Assembly (NCBI GenBank): GCA_004431415.1
Contig: QPMI01000406.1
Coordinates: forward strand, 1-64,000
From: Cyanophora paradoxa CCMP329
Lineage: Eukaryota > Plantae > Glaucophyta
Direction: 5' to 3'
Length of the DNA: 64,000 bases
Below the pieces are notes generated by a model. It did no database searches. It was given only the letters and a program-made list of their open reading frames with translations, and was not told the DNA's origin. Position 1 is the stretch's first letter. Each line of letters opens with the position of its first letter. Below are positions 24,001 to 36,200 of this stretch, in pieces. The position numbers were made by a program, and so were the translations under genes.

Positions 24001-27000
24001 CACGATGGTGTGACCGCCCCGATGCTCTCATCGAGGGAATCGGGGCTGACGGCGGCGGGGGCGCAGGGTCGGGAGGTGACGGACAAGCAGGACGGGTGCC
24101 AGTGGTGCCGCCCGGGGTACTACGTCCCCGAGGGCGAGGTCAAGTGCTTCCTCTGCCCCGAGGGCACGCTCTTTCCTACCCCCCCCCTTCCGCTCCGCTG
24201 CGATGCCCGCGGCTCACACTTCGCCTCGCCCGCGGCTCGCCCCGCTCAGACTCGGCGTCGTCGGGCGGCGAGGGCTGCCGCCAGTGCGGCCCGGGCTTCG
24301 TGAGCCCTGACGACCGCCTCGAGTGCCGCGCGTGCCCGCCGGGGACCTTCGAGGACGTCCTGAACGCCAACGCGACGGGGGAGTGCACGCCGTGCCCGCT
24401 CAACAGCGTCGCCCCCTTCGCCAACTCGACGGCCTGCGACGCCTGCGCCGAGGGGTACGTCTCCTCCCCGGACTCGACCCTCTGCCTCCCCTGCAACTCC
24501 GGTGCTTCTTCTTCCTCTACCCCTCGGCTCGGCGTCGCTTCGTTCCGCTAAAACGAGCGTCCGCAGGGACGTACCGGTCGGCTGTGAACGCTTCGTGCGA
24601 GCCGGTGCCGCGGGGCGCGGCGGCGCCGGCCGGCTCGCCCATGTACACCCGCTGCGTCAACGGGACGGTCCCGAACGGGGCGCGGAGCGAGTGCGTGCCG
24701 TGCGGCAAGGGCACCTACAAGGTCGAGAACGAGTGCCAGCGGTCAGCTGAGCCGCCCGCGGCTGAACTGAGCTGATCTGATCTGAGCACTCTCCCCTCAG
24801 GTGCCCGCTGAACACGATCGCGTTCGAGGAGTCCCGCGAGGAGTGCACCCCCTGCAGGGCCGGCGAGGTCGCATCGGCCGACTCTCAGACCTGCATCCCC
24901 TGCCCCGCCGGTATTTACTTGCTCTTTCAAGGATTTCTTTCGCTTTCTTCTCACTGACGGGCCCGCGCCGGCTGGCTTCCAGGGATGTACCGGGGCCAGA
25001 ACATGAGCGCGTGCGAGCCGGTGCCGCTGGGCTCGGCGGCGCTGGAGGGCTCCGCGGAGCACACGCCGTGCGGGAACGGGAGCGTGCCGAACCCGTCGCG
25101 CAGCGAGTGCGTCCCCTGCCCCAAGGGCTCCTTCGCCGTCGACTTCGAGTGCCAGCGGTGCGCCTGCCGCGAAGTCGGGCTCTGGGTCGGGCCCTGACTG
25201 ACCACGCGCAGGTGCTCGCTGAACGAGGTTGCGTCGGCGGAGGGGATGGAGAACTGCACGGCCTGCCCCCCTGGCACCGTCAGCGCCGCCGACTTCCAGA
25301 CCTGCGTCCCCTGCCCCGCCGGTGCGAACGTAGCCTCAGCCTCAGCCTCAGCCTGGCTCAGCCTCAGGCTGCCCGCCCGCAGGGACGTACCGGATGGCGA
25401 ACATGTCGACGTGCGAGCCAGTCCCCGCCGAGAGCGTCGCCGTCGAGGGGTGAGCGAGCGAGCGGGCCTGGAAGTATTAGATCTGGGCCTCGGCGCTGAC
25501 GCGCGCGGGCGCGGGGCAGGAGCGAGATCTACACGGTGTGCCTCCCCGGCTGGGTCCCCAACACGATCAAGACGGAGTGCGTGCCCTGCCGCAAGGGCTC
25601 CTACGAGCTCGACGGCATCTGCCGCAAGTACGTCTGTGCCCGGGCCGCCGCCTCCAGATACACTTCCTTGGTTTACGCGCCCCCCGCAGCTGCCCGCTGA
25701 ACGCGGTGTCGCCGTTCGAGAACGCGACGGAGTGCATCCCGTGCCCGCCCGGCACCGTCGCCACGGCCGACCTCCAGACCTGCGTCCCCTGCGGCGTCGG
25801 TGCGCGCCGCGCCCAACCCGAGCGCCCCTCTCTTAAGAGGCTCTGAAGCAACTTCCTGACGAACTCCCCTAAGGGACGTACCGGGGCGAGAACATGACGA
25901 ACTGCACGCCGGTCCCGTCGCGCGCCGTGGCGCTCGAGGGCTCGCCCGCCTTCACGCCCTGCCCCAACGGCTCCATCGCCAACGGCGCCAAGTCCGAGTG
26001 CATCGCCTGCCGCGCCGGTCCGCCCCCTTCCTCCTAGCCCTCGCTGTGCTCAACCTCCCTTGGCAGGGTCGTACCAGCGGGGGGAGCTCTGCCTGCAGTG
26101 CCCCCTCAACCACGCCAACCCCGTCGTCAACCAGACCGAGTGCTCCCCTTGCCCCGACGGCGCGCCCTCTGCCCAATCCCCCCCTCGCTCCGTCCTCGGT
26201 TCGTTCTTTCTGAGGCGCTGCGCGGGCAGGGTACGTGGCGGCCGCGGACAGCCAGACCTGCGTCCGTGCGTGCCTCTACCCCCCCTCTCCCCCGCCCCCA
26301 CCTCCTCCGCCCCGCTTCAGCCTCGGCCTCCGCCGCTCACGCCGCCCCGCAGCGTGCCTGGGGGGCTACTACCGGAACGCGAGCCAGCCGATCTGCCACC
26401 GGGTCCCCGCGGGCGCGGTGGCCCTCCCCGGGTCGGGCAACTACACGCAGTGCCCCCGCGGCTGGGTACCCAACCAGGAGTCGACCTCCTGCCAGCCCTG
26501 CGAGAAGGGTGCCGGCCCTCTGCGTTCAGCGTTGTCTTCCTTCCTTTTCGCTGAGCCCTCCTCTTCCTCTTGCAGGGACGTACGAGACGGAGTGGGCGTG
26601 CCGCGACTGCGTGGGCAACACGCACCAGCCCGAGGCCGGCCAGACCTTCTGCACCGAGTGGTCCGCCCGCCCTCGGCTCCGCCCGCCCTCTTCCCTCGCC
26701 CCTCCTCCGCCTGAGCCTTCTCCTTCTCCTTCTCCGCGCAGCGCCGCCGGGTCGGTGGCCTCGGAGGACCGCCAGGGCTGCGACCCGTGCCCCAGCGGCT
26801 CCTTCCGCAACGCCTCCATGTCCTACTGCCAGCTGGCCCGCCCCGCCCGCCCACCCCTCCGATTCCTCTGCGTCTCCCCCTCTGATTTCCTCGTCAGTGC
26901 CCGTTCACGACGTACTCGCCGGCCCCGGGGGCCTTCGAGTGCGACACGTGCCGCCCCGGCACGCAGTCCAGCGACGACCGCACCGGCTGCGACCTCTGCC

Positions 27001-30000
27001 TCGTGCGCCCTTTCCTGTCGACGCTGAGCGGGCCGCGAACATATATAACCTTTGTCAAGCTGAACCAGCCCGGGAACGTTGCCTTCTGAGCTTAACATCT
27101 AGGCCCCGCCCCCTTTCCGCCTCCTCCCAACCTCCGCCTCTCCGTGACGCGCAGGCGGGCTTCTACGAGGTGAACGGGACGTGCACGCCGTGCAGCGACG
27201 GCTCCATCTCCGCCATCGGCTCCACCTCCTGCCAGGCCTGCGAGCCCGGCGCCATCTCCTCCGTCGACCGGTCCGTCCGCTGTGGGCGCTGCGGCGCGGC
27301 GTGGCGCGGTCGACGACGCTGACGTTAACTCTGCCGCGCGCTGTGCAGGACGGAGTGCATCGAGTGCCCCGGGGGCACGTACAAGGCGGACGGGACGAAC
27401 CTGTGCCTGCCCTGCCTGACGGGCTCGTGGTCCCCGCCGGGCACAGCCGGCGAGTGCTTCATCTGCCCCCTCGGCTGGTACGCCTCCTTCGACTCGACGA
27501 AGTGCCTCCCCTGCGACGCCGGTGCGTGCTCGCTCTACCCCCGCTCCGCCCCTCTTTCTTCGTCCCGCTTAGTGTTCGCCTAGGGACGTACATGCGGAAC
27601 GGGACGCTTGTGTGCGTGCAGTGCCCGGCGCTGCAGCACGCGCCGAACGAGGGCACCGCCTCCCGCTGCCTCGACTGCGACCCGGGCTACGTCCCCTCCC
27701 CCGACTCCCGCTCCTGCTACCCCTGCCCCCTCGGCTTCTTCCGGCCCCCCGTCGCCAACGACACGGAGCCCGTCACGAGCTGCGTCCCGTGCCCCACTGC
27801 CACCGTCGCCCGCACCCCGGGCACCTACCAGTGCTCCCTCTGGTCCGGCCCCGCCCCGCCTCCCCTCTCCGCTCGCGAGCCCCACTGCTTCTCTCTGCTA
27901 ACGGCTGGGGAACCCTCCGCGCGCAGCCCGCCGGGGAAGGTGCCCCGCGAGGACCGCGCCGAGTGCCGCAGTGCGCAACCCTTCTCTCCGCTCTTTACTT
28001 TGGAGGGCCTCTGCCGCGGTGAAACTGACCCTGCCTGCCTGCCTGCCTGCCGCGCCCCGCAGACTGCTCCGCGGGGCTGGTCCCCCGGGGAGGCTTCTGC
28101 GCGCTCTGCCCCGCCAAGCACATCTCCGTCCCCGGCGGTGCGGCGGCCGCCCCCCCCCCCCCTCTCTGACCTCCACTCCGCACCCGCCTGACGCCTGACG
28201 GCCGCCGCGGCAGACGCGAACTGCACGCTGTGCCCGCCGGGTCGGGTCTCGAACGAGGCGCGGACGGAGTGCCTGGCGTGCCCCGCGGCCTCGTACCTGC
28301 CGCCCAACAGCGACGTCTGCCTCAAGTGCGCGGCGAACACCATCTCGCAGCCCGGCTCCGTCGGCTGCACCGCCTGCGACGAGGGCGACGTCGTGCGCTG
28401 CTCTGTCCACCCACCCACCCTCGCCTCGACGAGCCCCGCCTTGAACCGCCCCGCCCCGCCTCGCCTCGCCAGGCGGACGAGACGCAGACGTTCTGCAAGC
28501 CGTGCGCGCGGGGCACGTACCGCAACTCCTCCATGGCCTACTGCGAGCCCTGGTGCTACACTTTCCTTCCTTGTTCGCGCTGCACTGGCCCCGCGCCCCC
28601 TCTAACTTGGGCCAGCCCGACGGGGACGTTCGCCTCGGCCGAGTCCTCCTCCGAGTGCCTCCCCTGCACCGAGACCCAGCTCTGCCCCGGTGCCCCGCCT
28701 CTCCTCCTCCTCCTTCTCCTCATTCAGCCGCCGTCCTGACCGACCGACTTGCCGGCCTGATTTCCGCAGTGGCGACGGCGGACCCGATCGAGATCCCGAT
28801 GTACAGGAGCGTCATCGCGCAGCGCATCGCCGAAGTCACCGCCTCCGCGTGCGCCCGCTTTCTTTCCTCGTCCCGTTCGGGCTCGATTTGTTCCTGGGCC
28901 TGAGGTGCGGCGCCCGCCGCCGCCGCGTGCGCAGGCAGCAGCGCCGGTCGCTGCGGGGCGCGGGCGCTGGCGCGGGCAACGAGACGGTGCAGCAGCGGCG
29001 GCGGCGGCTGGCGCAGGCGGCGGCTGCGGCGGCGGCCGGGGACCTGGGCGCCAGCGCCGCGGCGCAGGACGCGTCGGTGGACTACCTCTCCGAAGACTTC
29101 GAGTACGACACGAACGCGGGGACCATCACCCGCGCCGAGATCAAGACCGAGGAGGCCCGCCCGCCCGCCAGCCCTCTTCTAATTATATCTTGTCCTCCTC
29201 CTAACTTCTTCTTCTTCTCCTTCAGGTGGCGGTGAAGCAGGTGTACCGGCTCATGGCGTTCATAGCGGCCGGCACGGGCGGCGTCCTCCTCGTCGCCGGC
29301 CTCTGCATCCTCGCCTACCTCAGGGCGCGCCCTCTAATGATGAGATAGATGGCTTTATATTTCGAGTTTGCAGTAGTTGTTTAAAGGGCACCCTTGGCCG
29401 CCGATCCCGCTGCGTCCCCGGAGCGCTGGGCTGAGCGGCGCTGGGGCGCCCTGCGCAGGTCGGCGCGAGCGACGCCGAGACGAAGGCGGCGCGCGTCCTC
29501 AGGGTGCGCCCCGCCCCGCCCCGCCCCGCCTCCCTTCCTCCGCGGCGCCCACGCCTCGGACCCGGGCTGAGCGGCGAGTAGCTATAGTCCTCCGTCCGTC
29601 TTGTGCTTCAGAGCACAGACCATCCCGAATTCGAAGTCACGCATCCATCTCGCCGACTTTCGCCGCGGCAGGTCAAGAAGCTGGACTTCCTGTACAAGGA
29701 CGTCGTCGCCGAGAAGAAGGAGGAGCGCAAGAAGGCACGCCCCCCCCCGCCCGCCCGAATCTCCCTTCCTGTTCTATCTATCGTCAGCTGATCACGAGCC
29801 CTCTGCCGAGCCCCTCCCCTCTCCCCCGCCCGAATCTTCCTGCCTTCCTGTTCTATCTATTGTACGCTGAGCCCTCCTACGCTGTACGCTGAAGCAGAAG
29901 GCGGAGGCGGCGCGCGCCTCGGCCGTGGCGGTGGACTCGCAGGGGAAGGAGCTCGGGCCCGCGCTGGCCGCCCCCGCCCCCGCCGCGAAGGTGCGGCCCT

Positions 30001-32743
30001 GCCTCCAACCCTCTAACTTCTCTAACCTCTAACAGGAGGAGGAGGATGCGGAGGAGGCGGAGGGGGACGACGAGCCGGCGCGGACGGTGACGGGCGCCGT
30101 CTTCGCGGTGGTCGGCCTCGGCCTCGTCTTCATCGCCGTCGCATTCGTCCTCCTCCAATACGTGCGCCCGCCCAGCGCGGCCGCAGGGCCGAATCAAACC
30201 GGATCGTAGCCTCGAATTCACCCCTGGGCGCTCCTCGTCTAATATTATATCAACCCCTTGCGCCTTTCCCTCGCGCCGCGCCTTCCCCTCCAATACGTGC
30301 GCGGGGCCCAATCGGATCTAATCTTCTTAACCCCTGGGCCTGGGCTTTCGATTCGCCCCCGATCCGAACTCACCGATTTCGATTTCGATTCGCCTCACCC
30401 CCGGGCTTTCGATATCGATTCGCCATAACCCCTGGGCCTGGACTTTCGATTTCGATTCGCCTCACCCCCGGCCCCCCCGCAGGCGCTGGCGAACTACCAG
30501 GTGATCCAGACGCTGGTGCCGGGGGCCTCGCCCTCCGTGGGGGACATCCAGGGCGCCTTCGAGGTCGGCGCCTCCTTCCTCGGCTACGCAGGTGCGTGCG
30601 ACGAGGCCCGGCCTTGAATATGTTTGTAGATCGAGTTTGTCAGTAGCAAGCAAAGCTGCTTTTTATTGCAGTCTAGCAAGTAGTTCGGAAGCGTAGAGTA
30701 TGCGCCCCCGGCCGCCCGTCCGCCCGCCCGCCCCGCCCCGCCCCGCCCCGCCGGCCTCGCCCGGGCTCGGCTCAGCTGCGGGCCGCCCCCGCGCAGGGGA
30801 GTGCGCGCTGAGGGACGCGGCGGCGGCGAGGGCGGGGCGGCTCAAGACGGACGAGGAGCGCTCGGGGGTCTACGTCGTCGTCACCGCCATCCAGGTCCGA
30901 GCAGGAGCGAGGCCTTTGAGAGCTTTCGTTTGCTCGTTCGGCTGATTATTTCGTTCCTTGCGGCAGGCGCTGGACGGGTCGCCTCCGCCCGCGTCGACCG
31001 CGTTCTACAACCAGACGTCCCGCTCCTGCGTGTACGCTTCTACCCCCCCTTCTTCTACCCCCCCTCCCACTGAGGCGCCCCGCCCGCGCCGCAGGGTGAC
31101 GTGGCGGTGCGCGCGGTGCCGGCTGGCGGCGGCGGCGAACGTCTCCGTCGACTTCCGCCTCGTCTCGCGCCTCGCCTTCGCCGTTGCCGTCAACTACGTC
31201 GTCAAGGTCCCCCGCCCCCCCGCCCCCCCCCCCCCCCCCCCCTCCCAGAGAGGCCTGTAGCTAGGCTTAGGGCACGATCGATGGCCGCCCGCGGCCTCGA
31301 TGGCGGCCGCTAGATCTAGAGCCCCCGCGCGCATCGCGACTTCGGCATATGTAACTGACCCTGGGCCCGGGCCCGGGCCCCGCTTCGTCAGGTGCCGTCG
31401 TACCTGACGATCCAGGGGCGCGTGACGACGCACGCCGACGGCCTCTTCACCGTCCTGCGCGGCCAGGAGCTCGCCACGCTCCCCGTCACCCTCACCCCGC
31501 TCCACTTCGAGGCTAGCCGCGCGGATGGGGCGGAGTGGGGGCTTGCGGGACTGAGTGAGGGGCACGCAGGACGCGCGGGACGGGTCGGCGCGGTACGACG
31601 CGTCGGTGCGGCCGGCGGACAACCGCCTGGCGGAGCGGAACGACGAGTCGTTCAGCCTCTGCTCGCTGACGCTGCCGCTGGCGGACGCGGCCTGCGCCGG
31701 CGAGGTCGTCGGCTTCCGGGCCGGCTTCGAGGTCAGCTCCGTCTACACCCAGGTCTCCCGCGTCATCAAGGTCCGGGCCCCAGCCCCGCGGTTCTTCATT
31801 TTTAGAGGGATCAGATCCCGATGAGATCGGGCGCCCGGCCCGGTCAAGCAAGCACCTTGGACCGGATTAGATCCAAATCCCCCCGCGCCCCCGCCGTCGG
31901 AGCTATGAGAGCGGCTCGAACCGGATCGGATAAGGTTTAGAGAAGGGCCCGCGCCTGGCCGCGTCTGGCCTGTTCCAGATTACATATTAGGCCCCCCGAT
32001 CGCGCGCGCCGGCCCGGCGGTGCTGCCGGTGCCGCAGTGCCCGACGACGCCCCGCGCCATCGTGTCCAGCGCCGACGCCTGCGCGGGCGCGGCGAGGAAT
32101 TAGACCCCTGGTTTTTAGACCGGATTAGATCCGAATCAGAGACAGGGGAGCGCCCGCCTTTAAATTAAAATCGGCGCAGGCCTCGGCGCTGGACATGATC
32201 GCGGACCTGGCGTCGCTGGCGGGGGCCGCCGTCGGCGTCGGCGGCCAGCTCGTCGTCGCCTACTTCGCCGCCACCACCTTCTCCGACGTCCGCCCGCCCC
32301 GCTCGCCCGGGGCGCGCCTGAAGTCTAGAAAGACCGAAATTAGACCTGGAGCCTCGAGCCTTCATTAAAGTGTTAGAGCCTTGAGCGCTAGCGAACCTAG
32401 AGCGAAACCCGCTCGCCTCGCCTCGCCTCGCCTCGCGCCGCACGCAACGCGGCGGCGTTGCGTTGACCTTGGCTCTGCCCTCCCGGCCGCGCAGCGGGTG
32501 AAGGGCCGCCTGGGGAAGGCGCGGGAGGCGGAGGCCGAGCCCGAGGAGTCGATCGGCCCCGAGCGGAACGAGAGGGAGGGTCCCGGAGCCGGCACAGGCG
32601 CCCCGGGCGCAGGCGCCGGTGCCGAGGGCGGCGCCGGCGCCGCCCCCGTCGTGTTCAAGCCGGCGCAGCCCGGGCAGCCGCCCCCGTTCCTGCTCGCCTC
32701 GAACCTGCCCCAGAGCCTCCTGCTGCCCCCGCCCGCGCGCTAG
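18024..32743 (+). CDS. Very large multi-exon cell-surface protein: signal anchor, LamG domain, long array of Cys-rich GCC2/GCC3 (ephrin-receptor-like) repeats, C-terminal transmembrane region
   Basis: AVALLLAAALAACAAQ leader; LamG motifs ADGTWHHVAIAW...YLDG and DFRLWGVTRGAAEI; dozens of C..CP.G.Y repeats at ~23130-28700; TM segments at ~29250-29320, ~30095-30160 and ~32190-32280; stop at 32743. Could be two adjacent genes. Confidence 0.7.
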
Positions 32744-33205
32744 GTGCACATCTAGCCTAGTAGAATGCCATTTTCTATGCTATCGGGGGTTTTCTTTCTT
32801 GTCCATCGCTTCAGTGCCAGACTAAGCAGAGAGTCGTAGCCCTTTTAATTTGTATTTGTATTGAATGATTCTACGTAGTTATATTAAGCCCTGTCTTTGT
32901 TTTTAAGACCTCGCGGTAGACGTCGAGTTCACCGGAGGACTAGTAAGAGTTCTTTTTTACGCGTAGCTTCAAAAATCTTGCTGCATATTAGAATCTCGCT
33001 CGCTGATTATTATGCATGACTTCGGATTTGCATCATATATATCGATCGCGGTATCTCAGATCGATATCCTAGGCCTGTGATCGTTACACCTTATTTCTAG
33101 ACATGTCTCTCTCGCGGTCTCGAGGGGCTCCGTGGTGCAACCGTATACGTGCGCGTTAACGTTGCGAATGATACCGTACCGATCATGATCACGATCGATT
33201 TGCGA

Positions 33206-36200
33206 CTATTCGGCGGGGCCGGGTGCCATTGCGGGGGCGGGGGCGCTGTTGGGGTGCGGCCTGGCGTCGTACGGGGCGCCGTAGCTGGCGGCGGGGGCCC
33301 CGCAGCCGGGGGCGGGGCAGCTGCAGGCGGCGAGCGTGCGGGCGCCCCCAGCAGCCGCGGCCGCGGTCTCGAGCTCCCGCACGCAGCGCAGGCACGTGGT
33401 CAAGTGGCCTGCGACACAATTAATATTGCAAGGCGGATGAGAATAGAGCGAGGCACGTGGGAATCTTTCAAGGATCGCACCGCAGGGCTCGAAGCGGACT
33501 TGGGCGGCGCGGATGACGCGGCGGTTCAGCTCTCTGCAGCGCCAGCAGCCGAGCGGGTCCTCCCACTCCTGCTCTTTCCGCCGCTGCGCGCGCGCAGGTT
33601 TACAATTGCGAGATGCCATTACTCGTCGAAGTCAGATCTAGAGGGACGGACGCGCGCACCCGCTGGACCTGGCTTACGGCCTGGTTGCATATCGGGCACT
33701 GCGGACGACCCCCCTTGGCCACCTGCGGGGGGTAAGGATGTGAGCGGAGGGTAAGGATGTGATCGGAGGAGGGGGGAGGGTGGGGAGGGAGGGGAGGGGA
33801 GAGGGGCGGGGGGAGAGGGGAGGCGGGAGGGGAGGGAAAGGAGAGGGGGGGGAGGCCTAGGGGGAGGGGGGAGGGAGGGGAGGGGAGAGGGGCCGGGGGG
33901 GGATTTGGGGAGGGGATAGGGGGGGGGGGGGGGGGGGGCCGGAAGGCCAGTGCGCTTGCCTGCGTGCGCCACTGGTTGAGGCGAAGGCGCCCGACGCAAA
34001 AGTAGCAGAGGACCTCGTGGCCTGCTCAGATCTCAGATCTCAGATCTCAGATCTCTCAGATGTTCTTTTCGACGAGAAGGGGTGCGGCAGCGCACCGCAG
34101 GGCCCGAGGCGGATGCTGGCGAGCTTCTCGTGGCAGATGCAGCACTTCGAGAGGCAGTACTCCGGCGGCTCCTCCGACGAGTCGTACCCGTCGTTCGGAC
34201 ACGAGTCGCCGCTGGGGGGTACGGGAGCGCCGGCGCGGAGGGGCGGGCGGTACGGGCGAGGCTTGCGGGGCTGGGAGGGGAGTGCGGGGGCCGGTTGGGC
34301 GGCCCTACCGAAGGCGGCTCCGGCCGCGGCGGCCGCCTGCGCGAAGGAGGGCCCGGCGGGGCGCGCGGGGGAAGAGCTTGGAGCCGGGCCTGTTCGGGGG
34401 GAGGCTAGAGGAGGAAACTCATCCGCAGCAAAGGAGGAGGCCCCCCACGCCGCCGCCTCGAGCGGCCAGTCCTCAAACACGGTAGAGTCTAGATCTAAGC
34501 TGGTGGTGTTCCACGCCGGCGCTCGACTTTCAGAGGATGACTGGCGGAGAGATGGGTCGTGCGAAAATCTGCGGTTCGAATTCGAAGGCGCGCGAGGCTC
34601 AGAGAGGTCAAATGGGTTGTAGTGGGAGGGGCAGTTCACTGGCACGAGTCGCCACGGTAGCAACCTTCCGGGGTTGCATAGTACCTAGTATAACGAAAAC
34701 CCCGGCCCGAAGAGCAGCAAAATAAAATGATCGAAGGTGGAATATGCGAGCGAATAGGGGAGGTGAAGCGGACCGGCAGAGGACGGAGCGGGTGGGAGGG
34801 CCATATGCATCGCCAAAGTGAGGAGGGTAAACATGCATACGGACGCGCACAGCCCTGCGCGGCACTTCCCGCGCGGCCGGCGCTGCTCGCTTTTTGTGCG
34901 CGTCGCTCGCCAGATGCTGCACAGATCTAGAGATTCGAACGATTAAATGCAATGAGGAATTATACGCCCGAACCTGATTCATCTGCGCGGTGCCATTGAA
35001 GGTCTTGTTGCAGACGTCGCAGCGAATTCGAAGAGGTTCGAATTCGGACGGAGCGGGGGCCGCCCGAGCTCGAGCTTGAGGGTCGCCGGCGGCGACCTGC
35101 GACGCGGCTGGCCGGGATGCCCCGCGCTCTTTTCTCACGAATGGGTCTTGAGAAGAGGATGTTTGTTCCTGTTCTCGCGGCCGCGGGCTGGACTGCGGCG
35201 CCGGCGCCGGCTCGACAGACGGTCCCGCGGCGTACTGAGTTGCTGCTGTCGTTGTCGCTGCCGCTTGCGATCGCTGCGTCTTCTGCTGCTTCCGAAATTC
35301 GCTTGAACCTGAGGCAGGATGTACGAACGCAATGGGACGGCGCGGCTCCTCGCTATCGCGACCGGTGCACATGCCCGCCCGCTGTATTTCGCCACGCAAT
35401 ACTGTGCCGGAGCATGCGCATGCCCGAGCGATGTCTGGACATGGCACGCCTGCAAGGTCTTTCCCCCGCACGCGGCGAAATTTGTTCCTGCGGAGCGCGC
35501 GCGCTGCCGTCAGCGGCCGCAGCGCTAGCATCCCCTCGAGCAAACTCATGAGCAGACCAGCATGTCTTGTGCATGAGAGCCCGGCCGCAATCTTCGCTGC
35601 AGACAACCTTCACGAACCTGCATATATGTGCACGAAATTAATTACATAAAAGCGAGTTGCGTCTTGAACTCCATTATATTTACATCATGAAAATAAAAGA
35701 GAGTTTGCCGCGCACTCTTCGGAAGCTGTGATGATCCGATCGGCAATGCTGCAATTCAGCTCACAGCATGTATACGCCCCTGTGCGTGCGACTGCCGACT
35801 GCCGTGGTCTCGCGCTCGAATCCTGGGTGGTCGTGGTCGGCCGCGTTGACGTTTCCTGGACATGTGCACAAAGGTTATGGCTTCGGGCGCCCCGGAGGGC
35901 TGTCTCGACTGTCAGTCCCTGTGGCGTGAGCCGCAGTGAGAAATGCGGCCGCGGAAATTCGAGCGAAAATTCGAAGCTGAAAGCATCCGAGTAAAGTTGA
36001 ACTAAGAGACGTGCCTTCACGCGAGTCAAGTGCACGAGGTAGTGGATGCAGTTAGGGCAAGAACTCTCCATGCCAAGGCGTTGCAATTTGGCCTCGAACT
36101 CAGCCTCGGAGCTGTTGAACGTCCGGATCCTTTGAGCTTCCGCAGGCCAATGCAAGCCGGTCGATTCCGCTCTCTGCGGCGGACGAGCCAGTTGTACATG

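Noticed and set aside
29740-30480. Short duplications inside introns of the large gene
   Set aside because: Local slippage-type duplications with no element hallmarks.
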